Source of the DNA: Tubulanus polymorphus
Lineage: Eukaryota; Animalia; Nemertea
Assembly (NCBI RefSeq): GCF_964204645.1
Contig: NC_134025.1
Location: forward strand, 1,302,001-1,366,000
DNA: 64,000 nt
Direction: 5' to 3'
Positions 51,738 to 64,000 of the stretch are shown here, piece by piece; within the stretch, counting starts at the first letter, position 1; every line of letters begins with the position of its first letter. The notes beneath the pieces were generated by a model, which was given only the letters and a program-made list of their open reading frames with translations, ran no database searches and was not told the DNA's origin. Made by a program: the position numbers and the translations under genes.

Positions 51738-53506
51738 ATGATGATGACAACGCCGCAAATTCAACCTAAATTTGGCAAGAAATTTACGACGCCGCAGACA
51801 CCTTTAGAAGTTCACGGTAATCTTAGAATGTTGTCTTGAACATTAGGATTTCAGCGATATGACTTGTCTATGAGTTGACTAAGATAAGGAGCTGTGATTT
51901 TTGTGATTTAATTTTTATTCACTCCTCACGTCCACAGCCTCGCTCGTCTAACTCAAAAAAGTGACGAAGAAAGGACGCAGCAAGTCAGCACGAAGTATGA
52001 CAAATACAGTCTCTAATGTCTCAGTTGATTAATGTCAGTGATACTGTTAGTAGACATTGAGATAATGGTGTTGTTTTAAGAGTCCCCCCTGTGGCTGTGT
52101 TTGTTTACACCAGTCAAACAATTCTCATTCTAATCTATTGTCAATTCACTACTACTGTACTGATATTTCTTACGGTCTCAGCTCATTTTCCTTCACAGTA
52201 TCTAAAACTTCAGTTTGAGATCTATAGGTGCTTACAACATGGGGATCTCAGTTTTAAGAACAGGTAAAATAATTCAATAGAGTGATATATAAGCAATTTC
52301 AATTACAGTAGTTAAAGTATTTACGAAACATTAGATGTTGGAGGCACGACTTAGAAATAGAATCAGTTGGACTGTCATTTGCATTATTTGGAAGCGCGTC
52401 TTTTAAATAGGGCTAAGATAGCTAGACGTAATCTCACCTTGCTAAGTCAGTAACCTGTCTGTGGTTAGCTTCACAATCTTGGTCCAGTTCCACAGTTATG
52501 AGTTAAGACTTAACTCTGAGTTAACTAATTGGAAATGAACTAACTTTAACTCAGAGTTAACTCTAACTCACGACTGTGGAACCGGGTCCGGATAACTAAC
52601 TATATTTATATGTGAAATGAACATTGTTAATTTTTTCTTTTACCTAATTGATTTTTATTCATGAATTATTTCAGGTCAGTTTCGGGCGACTCAACTGTGG
52701 AATAATGTTATTATAAATCTACGTCAGAATGTCGGTTTGAAGAGGAGACGCGTGAAAATGAAATATTACGATAACTGTTTCGTTGGTAATGAAGCAGTTG
52801 AGACCGTTTTAAAATGTTTACACGATGAAAACAATCATAACTATATTCAGAAAGATGTTTCAAGAGAAAAAGCTGTCAAGGTAAAAAATAAATGATATCA
52901 CTCTATTGGTGGACGTGCATTTACACCCATCAGTGGAATTCCCATTCGTCATATTGACTTTCTCAGCATTTGAAAAGACATTTCAGTTCTAGTCGTCACC
53001 ATTTTATGAGAGAGTAACCATTGATAAATACTATATCCATAAGTTGTTAGTTCAATGTTTCGACTATATCCCGATAATCATCTTCAATCAGTAATATTGA
53101 GTTACCACAGAAATTATTGATTTAACCTAAGTGTCTTTAGTTCTACTATTTACAAGACGTTATACAGACTGATGATCCTATCTTATCCGATTGTTTTTCT
53201 TAATTGTTTACAGTTGTGTCAAGCACTGATGGATAATAATATATTCGAACCGGTGAAATGTGATGATTCAAAGAAACCAATTTTTGATGACAGCAGCAGT
53301 AAATATTACAGGTAATTAGAAATTACCATTGAACAGATTACATTATCACTTACCTCTATACAGGTACCAATCAACGAACCGTCCAACCTCAGACAATCTG
53401 CAGCTCTGAACCACTCAGATATTCAGTATTGTATTGTAAAGCGTGGATGATCAGTTTTTGAGATGATGCTTGTAAAATGTTTTATCTGTGTTTGTAGTTC
53501 ATTTTC

Positions 53507-53539
<33 letters not shown>

Positions 53540-56500
53540 CACGAATTTGTATAGCGCCTCTTTCCATGTACCTGTGTACAAAGTTCAGCTGCGCTGTCAA
53601 ACCTGATTATTATTACCCAGCTTCTGTTACCATTCCATAGCAGTCTTACTCTCCCTGGGGAGATACAACACCGATCAGCAAATCACGATCAGGCGTCGTC
53701 AGCCGGTAGCAAGTGTGAATTAATGCCTTGCCTAAGGACACAACAGCATAGCCGGGGTTCGAACACTGGACATCTCGATTGAGAAGCCAACGTCTTAACC
53801 TTTTAGGCCACGCCACTACACATAATTATATGGTTTCTGAAATGTTCCTGGTAAAGTTCTCAACTCATGTGAAAATTAATAATTTTCAGGTTTATTGATA
53901 TGATGGACAATGATGATGGTGATGATGATGATGATGTTGATTGTGAAGATGATGATGATGATGAGGAGGAAGCGAATGATTGTAGATCTAGAGGATTCTG
54001 TGAATATAATGAACCCGATCATTGTTTATCATCACAGTTCAATGACAGTAATGTGATACTGGATCAATTCAGGTACTGATTCTGTAACCTTCAAACTGTC
54101 AAACGCTCGTCTCTATTATTGTTTAGTCTCAATTTCTATTTGTAATTCGATTAACTACTAAGCATTAAGCGGTTATTTGGATAAGTACGGTAGTAGTTTA
54201 CTTAATTTACTAAGTGTAAAATATATTTGGATAAGTCGTCAACATGTCATAATGATCGTCCTCCCAAGTGCAATGACTTGCGCGAAATTTAATGTAATTC
54301 CGAAAGAGTAACCAGATACTTAAATAGTAGAAAAAACAACTATCAAAATCTTCATGACGATAAGATGATTTTATTTCAATCGATTTTGACTGATCTTTTC
54401 AAGAAATGAAGATATATCTAAACCCTTAAACCAAACGGTTTGCAGTAATTCAAAATTCAAGTGTGTTTGATTTAATTTCAGATTGAATACGGAAGGAGAA
54501 CCGGACGTTTTATACAGCGAGTCTATATTCACTAATCCGCTTGTTATTCCGAAAAATAAAACTCAAAGAGAAATCGTTCAAGAGATATTAGCGTTATCTG
54601 GATCGAAGTTATATAAATCACGTACGTCTGAATTACGACGCGGTAACATTTCACCGAGGAATCTCTTCCGTCGCAAATCGGTACCAAATGTGAACGACGT
54701 GAACAGCTGTTTAACGAGTAGAGATTTGTTCGGCCGAGGTAAAATAAAAGTTTGTCTGTGTGTACGTGTGTTTGAATTCCAAATAAAGATAGAATTTGAA
54801 CGTTGAAAATTCACAAAATCTTTGAGGAAACTAAGACCCAAATCTCTAGATCATTATCAATATAATACGCATGTGTAAGTTGACTGGTTCAAGAGGGGTG
54901 TCAGGGAAAACATGCAAATGAGAATCCCCCACTATCCCTACTCTACCTTACATTTGATATTGGGGGTCGATACCAGTTCCCCTGCCTTGGGGCAGTTTAA
55001 AAACATGCGTAATATTGATGAACATCTAAAGATTTGGATAGATAGCTCGGGGACAGTTCTGGTGACTTCAGAGTAAAACATTGAAAATTAACTGTGGTAA
55101 TCTCATATCATCATCTTCATGCTATTATCGTCTCTTCTTCGTAAATATCAAAAACCCGAAGAATTAAGACCTAGAATTCCCTCTATCTCCTCTTAATTTG
55201 AGAAATTACAATTAATCGTGAATTGATCTTTATTTCCAGTTGCTCAAGAGATTCTACGTGAAGTTGCTTTATCTCGATTGTTGACTCTCGTTGATTTACC
55301 GGTTTTAGACGGTCTTCTAGGAACTAGTAACAAACTGAAATCTCAGAATATGGCTGGAATCAGTAATCAGGGTTTGAACATTTCCAGAACGTCGATGTTG
55401 AGTCATTGGTACGTATAACAATACCGAGGAGCTCATCATTTTATTATTGAATACCGTGTTATAAGTAATCCAACACTAAGAATGAAAAATAAAGTCCGAA
55501 ACTTTTCCTGGGCGTTGAATATTTGACATTTCGATTACGGTATATCCTGATAATCATCTTCAGGAATATGAAGATGACTTTTCATATTTGGATAAAGTCG
55601 AAACGTAGAGTAAAATTCGTTTTCTTTATTAGTATGGGATTTCACAGCATGAACTCGGAGTGTTTCCTCTCGTCACTGGTTTACAGTATTATTGTATTTG
55701 ATTTCAGCGATGAAGATGCTTGGATCAGCTCGGCTATGGACTGTTTGGAATACATTCCGAAATCTCTGAAGATCATGGATTCGTATCTCTCTGAAACGTG
55801 TATGAAATTCAAGAAACTCGAATTGTTTCATGGAATCGCCGAATATTATTGGAATTCGTCGAATCCACTTTTACCCGATGGTTTTACCGATTTATTAGTG
55901 GCCGTTTTGAATTTATTGATGCAGCGGAAATATGAAACGGCGATTCAAGCGTTACAGATGATGATGGCTTTATTAACTATCAGTATTCGTGAAGAATTGA
56001 AATGTTTATTTTCGTTCATGCGAGCTGTGATGAAAGACTGTGTAACTATAGAATCAGGGGTGAGTTTTCATCTGTCCAGCCTGTCTACTCTTCATCTCTC
56101 TCTCCCTCTCCCTCCCCTCCCTCCCTCCCCCTCCCCATCCCTCTCCTCTCTCTCTCTCCCTCGCTCTCCTCCTCTCTCCCTCTCTCTCGCTCTCTCTCCC
56201 TCGCTCTCCTCTCTCTCTCTCGCTCTCTCTCCCTCGCTCTCCTCCTCTCTCCCTCTCTCTCGCTCTCTCTCCCTCGCTCTCCTCTCTCCCTTCCTATCTC
56301 TTCTCCACTTTCTCTGTCCTCGCTTTCTCTCCACGTCCCTCTGCTTCATATTCCTTCTTTCTCCCTGGTTGCCCACTCTCTCCCTTCACTCTCTCCTCTC
56401 TTCCTCTCCTCAATGATTTTCCCTACCGCTCAATCCCTCCCTCTCCTTATCTTGACTTATAGTTTTCTTTGAGTTTTCGAATTGAAATCAAATATCTTAA

Positions 56501-57930
56501 TCTAAAACCTGTCGATATTTTACAGCTTTCGAACCGGATGAAACTGGAACGCACATTCACTAACGCAGTCATAAAGAATAAACTATTAGCTCACCACCAG
56601 GCGGCAGTAGTAGTTATGTTTATGGTGGATAAGCATCCCGATATCTTTGACATCCCGAAATCAATACGCGATACAGCGCTGGTCAGATTACATAACCTAA
56701 AAACGGGAAATCTACAGCCAATCATGGGTATGATTTTAACAATTATATTATCGAGTTTTATTAAATTATTTTATTCTATCAGATTCTGATTAATTGATTT
56801 ACTGACATATTTTTCACTAATGAAGATAATGAATAATCATTTTTCCAACAGTTTTGCGATTTATTAAATTCCCATCTTCTGAGAAACAGTAATGAAGCCT
56901 ATTCTGCAAATTATTTCAAAAAAATACAATTCAATACTATTTCTGTGAAGATTAGATTTTGATAAATCTCAAACTGTCAGATAAAAATGAACTTCGAAAT
57001 ATCATCATTGAGATTAATCATTAGATTCTAATTGTTTATATTTGAAATTTCATAACATTTCCATTTTCACTCATTACTGAAATGTGATATCAACATTTCT
57101 TGCAGAACAAGATGAAGCGATCATGAGTAAGTTGTAGGTTATAACTGCCACTAACTAATGATAGATAATAGAACACTAACTCAAGCTATCATATAATACA
57201 TGTTCAGGTTTCGCTGTGTATGTCCCAAATATTCATGACCCTGTTCCTCAGTTCAGGATCCAGTTCCTCAGTTCAGGATCCAGTTCCTCAGTTCAGGGTA
57301 GGGTTCCTCAGTTCAGGATTCAGTTCCTCAGTTCAGGATCCAGTTCCTTAGTTCAGGACCGGGTTCCTCAGTTCAGGGCCGGGTTCCTTAGTTCAGGATC
57401 CAGTTCCTCAGTTCAGGGCCGGGTTCCTCAGTTCAGGATCCAGTTCCTCAGTTCAGGGCCGGGTTCCTCAGTTCAGGATCCAGTTCCTCAGTTCAGGACC
57501 GGGTTCCTCAGTTCAGGGCCGGGTTCCTCAGTTTAGGATCCAGTTCCTGTGTGTAAAAGCTTTGTCTTATTGTGGACTCAAGATTTGAGTGGGATTTGTC
57601 AAAAACTGTAGAAGATTTGATAGGTGACATTCTAAATTTATAGTGAAGCAAGCCTTGAAGGGTCTTGTGTAGATATTATTTTGTGTTTGAAAGTGTAATT
57701 GTTTAATCATGTATTTTGTAGAGCATACATACTGTGACCGAGTGACGTCAGAAGAGTTTCACCGACAGACGGCTCAACAAACCGAACACGCGTTGAAAGA
57801 TTTACTGAATTCGATTCTCGACGATACGAATATATCGTTAAAAGAGAAGAAACATAAATTCAAACAATTCCAGAAACATCATCCGACGATTGTACAGAAA
57901 TATTTCTCTGATTACGTCGATGGAAGCTGA
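51738..57930 (+). CDS. DEPDC7: DEP domain-containing protein 7-like (DEP + RhoGAP-like region), 9 exons
   Basis: Exons ~51738-51816, 52675-52880, 53214-53311, 53890-54072, 54482-54738, 55240-55408, 55709-56059, 56526-56727, 57722-57930. Motifs FRATQLWNNVI...YDNCFVGNEAV...LCQALMD...YYRF, RLLTLVDLPVLDGLL and ISLKEKKHKFKQFQKHHP match the recalled DEPDC7/DEPDC4 family. Confidence 0.88.
52481..52589. mobile_element. PIF/Harbinger-like MITE
   Basis: TIRs ggtccagttccacagtt / gactgtggaaccgggtcc; internally palindromic (gagttaa...ttaactc). Confidence 0.7.
53508..53814 (-). mobile_element. tRNA-derived SINE, near full length
   Basis: Minus strand: A box tggcctaaaaggtt, B box gttcgaacccc, CORE-like gtgtccttaggcaaggc, gcgctatacaaat followed by an (att)n tail. 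Confidence 0.8.
55519..55612. ncRNA. Back-to-back pair of degenerate minimal type I hammerhead ribozymes (Penelope-like element remnant)
   Basis: Minus strand: CTGAAGA-T-GATTA..TAATC-GAAA-TGTC. Plus strand: aTGAAGA-T-GACTTT..AAAGTC-GAAAC-GTA. Confidence 0.6.
56095..56420. repeat. CT-rich microsatellite in a DEPDC7 intron
   Basis: (ct)n/ctcgct low-complexity tract immediately after the gtgagt donor at 56060. Confidence 0.9.
57240..57548. repeat. 20-bp minisatellite (~15 copies)
   Basis: gttcctcagttcaggatcca / gttcctcagttcagggccgg variants. Confidence 0.92.
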
Positions 57931-59192
57931 ATTCTGTCTCGTGCTTTTCTAACTTTCTGCATCTCAGTTTTACACCTGTTTTTATCTAGTCATTTAATGT
58001 ATATAGCAATAAAGTGTTCTGATATATTTTTAAATGTTTGTAGTAATGATTTGGTTTTATTTTTGGCTCATCACTGCCAACTTCATCCTCGCTTGCCAGG
58101 GGTCTGGTATCACTCCCCAAACTTGCTTCCACCAGCTTTAGCGTAGTGGGTTCGAATCCCTTATAGCGTGATGATGTGCCAACCTTGTCTCTGAGGATTT
58201 AATAAAGTCTTGACTGCTAAAAAGACATAGGAAGTTGCACATCATTAAGTGACTAGACTGGTTTAGTTTTTCACGACGGTGATGATCATTGATCTTTAAA
58301 AGATCCATTTATTTGAAAGCTTGCTACCAACGATTAAGTTGCATTAAGCCTATGATACGAATCTCTCGAATTTTTCTTTAATAATCGTCGGAGTGGTCGT
58401 CATTTATTTTTCTTAATAAATTTGTCATAATTTGTGTTACGCGTATTTCCTCAATGACCGCTCCGGTCACTCGGGCCCGCCGCGCGTGTCAGCCGGCCCA
58501 CCGGTCAGTAGCGGGAATGCTCCGGATAGTTGACCACTCTGGACTAATTACCCGGCTCATGTGACGCGTGTCACGCCGCGGCCTGCCCGGTCAGTGAAGT
58601 TCGTGTCACGGTTCGTCGACCATTCGAACCTAATTACCCGATCTATGCCACGCGCAGTGCCGTCGTCCCGAAATTTTCACAAAGGCAATTTCGTTCCAAT
58701 GTATTATGATAAATAAAACCCGCAAATTGTATTAAATCAAATGAAATTCCGTTAAACAATAGTTAATTTGGGATTCGAGTTTAATTTGTCTATAATTGTT
58801 TTGATTACGGATCGCTAGATGGCGGTGGTGAAGCGAAGCGGCGGCTAACTCGGGTCTCCTCGATGTTTCGAGCAGTACTGAATTTTCAGTCTCAGTTCAT
58901 TGCAGGAATACTAGACTACTAAAATACGACAGCTTTGTAATGGCCTATTTTCACGTTCTACTCAACGAAACGATCGCTTTGAACACGCTTACTTCGTGAA
59001 AATGTAAAAAATGAGGATCGTAAGAGATCCGTATACAAGAAATGTTCTATTCATCGATTAAGAGCCTAAGAAGAAGGAAACTTGTCGAAGAAGCGGTGTC
59101 ACCGCAGTTTGAGGAAGATGTCGACTGACGGTCCGTGCTTATTTTGTGACTGCCTCCTCAGAATTTGGATTTATTAAGTCAGCAGTTACAGT

Positions 59193-59253
59193 ATGCAGTT
59201 CACTATTTGGATATTCAGGCTGGTTTGTTTCTCTATGCTGCCAATGATTGAAG
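59193..59253 (+). CDS. Probable first coding (signal-peptide) exon of a gene continuing beyond the window
   Basis: MQFTIWIFRLVCFSMLPMIE-G|gtaaga, phase 1, downstream of a CpG-rich promoter-like segment (58440-58860). No further exon identified in the window. Confidence 0.45.
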
Positions 59254-61260
59254 GTAAGAAATCGGTAAGCCCAGGACGGCAGCCTGATCAGTTTAAGTTT
59301 GACATTTGACATACCTTATCTCATATCAATGTGTATCTTAGATAGAATACAAACATGTCTTTTTATATCATCTACATTTTCAAATAAATACCAACAAAGG
59401 CTGGTAGGCCGTATAATTTTTGATTAAGAAGTTAATTCTATTTTCGTTTGATAAATTAATTAAAATTGTGAATGAATATTTTGATAGCGAACCTTATGAA
59501 TTTCTAAATCATTTCAAAGTTTAGAAATATTTATGAAAAAGAAACAGGTGTCCTGCCTAGACTAGTTGGGGTCGATGTATATGCACTATTGAAACTTTGT
59601 TATTATGGATTGATTTGATAATATTTAGACAACAATTCATTGTAGAATTAGAAGCTTCTCGGTTATTGTCCTATTATGTAATCATTTTAACTGCTCAAGT
59701 TGTAGAATCCACAGGTATCAAAACCTAATCCGTGTTTACCTTAAATTGAGTTTATTGAAATTATGCAATGGATATTTCAATTAGGAAATGGTTTTAACTG
59801 TCAAATTGGTCTCCATTGATTGAAAACTCTCTCCGTGGTAATTCGCTAATCGCATTTAATTGGCTCAGTTTGAAATTGAACATCCAGTGAAATATGAATG
59901 GTTTTAACGTTACAGTAACAGTTTTTAGGGGTATCCATGATTTTTTTTTGCATCTAACACAAAATCGATTTTAAAACTGTTATTTTAGAGAACAGGCCTA
60001 CTATTTCTTACTTGTATCCAGGGTCAGTAACCTAGTTGTTTAATTTCATCCCTAAATATGCATTGATTTGGTTTTTACTAATGAAATAATATTTCAAGAC
60101 CTACTTAGAATGTCATATTTATTTGAATATAACTGGCCTACAGTTTGATCGATAGTATAAGGATTGCCTTTTATGTATTGTTTAGAAATATATCAGGAAA
60201 CGCTATTATCTATTTCAGTCATATACAATAGAATGGTCTGCGCTTACAGACATCAGGCCAGACAAAATAAATCCTATTCTCATGTAGTTTTAATCTAATC
60301 AAAATGTAGCTCTACTGGCGTATCAATTTGGTTTTATATTCATCTAATTTCTTTGGAAAAATAAATTAGGCCTTCTCTCAAAAGTTGGTTTTTTATGTAC
60401 CAGAATGGAAAATAACTTTTTCTCAAATTTGTACTTAAATATACAGTAATCCTGTGTCAGCCCTGTGTCGGCCCTGTGTCGGTTGTGTTATAATGACAGG
60501 TATTCTAAGTGACTTTCACGGCTTAAATCCGTCACATTGTTCCGATTCTAGGAATATCAGTACAATAACCTGAACTTGTTAACGATACCTGATTTACGTC
60601 AAATTTTTATCAATTATTTAATTGTTTTGGTAAAATCGCGAATTCTTTCAGACAGATTTGTTGAAATACTCGTACAATAGCCCATCTAGAAATGGCCAAA
60701 ACCCACACCACAAATTAAAAGATTCTAAATTTATTCATTTATCGTATCGGTAATAACTTCTCAACGCTTTGAATAATTTTAACAGTTAAAAATGATCCAT
60801 TAGTAAATGAAAGCATGATTTGAGTAGTGCTCAGCGGTGTGAGGAGAATGAAAGTTTTCACAGGAGATAGATGAAGAAAGAAAAATTCATTATAACGCAC
60901 TTAGTAATCTCTGTGAGGATGAGAAATAACAGAAAACTTGAGAGCAAAACGAAAGAATGAGCGTTGAAGTAGTACGGACAGCAGTCAGCTGTAGTTTCAT
61001 TCATACCTCTCCGAAACAAACACTATTACTACTCGAAAGTGAATTAGGCTAGAAAATTTGTTTTATGTGGGATGGACTGACATTCTGGACTGGAAAAAGT
61101 TTTTTTTATAAAAAGTCTAAGAAGAAATGGCTGTAGTCAGTCAGCCACGCACGTGAACGCGTAGTAAATGGAAGTTGGAGGATTGTCTCGAGATAAAATA
61201 ACGTTTATCACATTGTAGGTGGTAACATTCATCATTGCAGTACAACAGCTAGACGAGGAA

Positions 61261-61850
61261 GGGTTGGGCGGGGATGACAGGGTGTCAAGGTGTTTGGTAC
61301 AGGGTCAGACAGGGATGGTAGGGTGCCGGGATGTTTGGTACAGGGTTGGGCGGGGATGACAGGGTGTCAGGGTGTTTGGTACAGGGTTGGGCGGGGATGA
61401 CAGGGTGTCAGGGTGTTTGGTACAGGGTCAGACAGGGATGGTAGAGTGCCGGGATGTTTGGTACAGGGTTGGGCGGGGATGACAGGGTGTCAGGGTGTTT
61501 GGTACAGGGTTGGGCGGGGATGACAGGGTGTCAGGGTGTTTGGTACAGGGTCAGACAGGGATGGTAGGGTGCCAGGATTTTTGGTACAGGGTTGGGCGGG
61601 GATGACAGGGTGTTTGGTACAGGGTTGGGCAGGTACGACAGGGTGTCAGGGTGTTTGGTACAGGGTTAGGCGGGGATGACAGGGTGCCAGGGTGTTTGGT
61701 ACAGGGTCAGGCAGGGATGACAGGGTGTCAGGGTGTTTGGTACAGGGTTGGGCGGGTACGACAGGTGTTTGGTACAGGGTAGGGTGGAGACACAGGGTGT
61801 TTGGTACAGGGTCAGGCAGGGATGGTAGGGTGCAGGGATGTCTGGTACAT
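61261..61850. repeat. 41-bp G-rich minisatellite (~14 copies)
   Basis: Unit gggttgggcggggatgacagggtgtcagggtgtttggtaca. Confidence 0.92.
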
Positions 61851-64000
61851 GGGAAATTGGGCCTGGGTCAAAAACGCTTAGGCCTATGTGATCGCGGCTA
61901 TTATGAATACAGGACACACAGTAATAAAATAGCTATTAGTAACTCGTGTTGAAATCAGACATCGCTGAATCATTCTATTCTCATTTATCAAACATCACTG
62001 TTTGATTACTATCCTTATCACACTACCGACAAGTCAAACCTCAACACCACCGACAAGTCAAACCGACTTTAAACAACAATTTCTCATATTTTTATCCCAT
62101 GAAATTACAATTGAGACTTGCGTGGTGCACTCGGTCTACAGCTCAATTCACATCTAGTCTCGAGGGTTCGCAACTCGAGAAGTTGAGGTTGCTAAATCTC
62201 AGTCCAGTTCATTTATGAATTATAAGCAATCAGTGAAATTACGACTGGTTTTGCGAATGGAGGGAATCTCTGGAGAGAGGACGAGAGAGGGGGGTCTAGG
62301 TAATTGATCGGATATTGACAGTTGTTAATAGATTATTGGTAATAGTTTATTGAAGCGTGACAATAGATACAGCTCTACTGTAATACGCCGTAATACACCT
62401 CACGCAATGTCTACATCAAATCAGTATTTTGATAGTTAATCAATTAAAACTGTTTCCTTCAAATCTCTCAGGCTCGAAATCAGTCAATGAGTAATCGAAG
62501 ATATTCATCGAATTCATTAGAAATATCACGTTATAAATCGGGATCCAGTTCCCTCTTTAACAGTTTAAAATTCACTCTACGGTTGACTAGAAAATGAACT
62601 AATTCTATAAAAGTTAAACTTTAAAACAACAACAGTTGAATCGAGTTCTGAGGTTTGATGATACAAAAACCATAATCTGATAATGTTATTGACCACGCGC
62701 TTCTTTATCAAATCCTGATTCATGAAAAATGAACGAATTCTTACATTTTCAACTAGAAAATTCTTCAGAACTCGGGGAATTTTTTGTAATGGCAGAAAGT
62801 GGCCACCCTGCTGTAGTGTTCTTTCTTTTTGAGTCCCAATTTCTATTTCCAATTCAATTTATTAAGCGTACATGTGATCAGTGAGATTAGTTGTCGATAT
62901 AACGATTCTACCTGTGACGTCTCTAAATGAGTTTCTCTGTAATTAGAAAATTGCCTCTGATCATAATAACGATATCAATGGTTTACATCATTGATCGGTG
63001 TCTGACGAATAAAGTAGTTAATTTTCCAATTACGTTGTCGTCTTTTTGATGGCTTTAATTAGGAAAAGATTCAATAATTTCCTGTTGAAATGTGAGCGTA
63101 ATTTTTCTAGATGTACTCGATGACTATCACAGCTCTTCTTCGAGACTCTCTCACTCCTCTCTCCTCTCTCTCCACGCTGCCGGCTACTCTTCAATCAGAT
63201 GTGTGAAAACTACATTCGCTATGAAATATAATTAAGTTCGTTTTATGATGTTTTATCTTTTGAAGCGATCGGTCGCCTGTGGTGTGGATATTTCATTGAT
63301 CCTCGGGGCTCACTGACTGTAATCACATCTCGCGCTGTGGGTGGCTTTTTTTTACCTGCCAAGTTTGTTACGAGAATGGCACCATTTTCTTTCAGATGTT
63401 TTGTTGCTCCCTTTGAAAAAAAATCAATTTTAGGAATTTATTTGGGTCAATGAGAAAATTGCGTTTCAATGATCTCTAAACAGTGAGTCGTTTTTTGATA
63501 TTGATGCGTAGTTTTTCGTGATCTAGTAAAGGTTCATTAGAGTCGCGTATAAACTGGTTTGAAGGTCTTTCAGTGCTTTAAAACTAAGCTCCACTCTTAA
63601 AAATCAGTATCGTAAGAAAGTTTGTAGTTCTCGACCGCGCCTCATCTTTTCAATACAATATTTCTTCAATATTCAGGTTGTGAAGTGATTTCCATTTGGT
63701 TCCTGCAGCTGGAAACTGAATGGATATATAAGATTCCCTTCATCACATCTCGCTTGTTGTACTTCAGTGCTCATTTTGGGGTGTTCCTTTTTCAGTGCAT
63801 ATAACCACTTTGACATGTGTATTTCGGCTCGTGCGCTGGTTGCACAGCTTAGATTGAAGACTTAGTCTCGATGTTCATCTCGCTTCTATAGTCGATCTAA
63901 CAACTTTAGGACTTTTGAAAGAGATGGTTAATGCAACTCGGGCCAGGTTCATTCGTTTCTTTGTAAACATTTCAAGATTTAGTCTTAGAAATTTCATCGA

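Noticed and set aside
55523-56472. 297-aa, 156-aa and 94-aa ORFs
   Set aside because: Only 55709-56059 is a DEPDC7 exon. The rest is intron read-through into a CT microsatellite.

Overview
Eukaryotic, AT-rich invertebrate genomic DNA with GT-AG introns; it looks lophotrochozoan, but the taxon is only inferred. The window has three parts. (1) 1-18.3 kb is gene-dense. It holds a small secreted pro-peptide gene with a GKR amidation site, a secreted protein of nine tandem PAN/Apple domains (one symmetric phase-1 exon each) with an antisense intronic tRNA-Asn(GTT), TPGS1 (-), a cystatin-B/stefin gene (-) and a head-to-head hexokinase (+). (2) ~18.7-50.6 kb has no recognisable conserved gene. It contains a tRNA B-box tandem array and CTCF-like motifs at the left edge, at least ten satellite families (several derived from one local progenitor), a ~380-nt imperfect hairpin, reiterated exon-like modules and decayed ORFs. 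It also holds one apparently intact spliced minus-strand orphan gene (~292 aa, death-fold-like N-terminus plus Pro-rich/NLS/acidic tail) behind a well-formed TATA/CRE/CCAAT/E2F promoter. (3) 51.7-64 kb contains a DEPDC7-like gene (+) and the first, signal-peptide exon of a further gene. Introns carry Harbinger-type MITEs, tRNA-derived SINEs and Penelope-type minimal hammerhead ribozyme remnants. All gene models were built by hand from splice signals and translation; no database searches were run.
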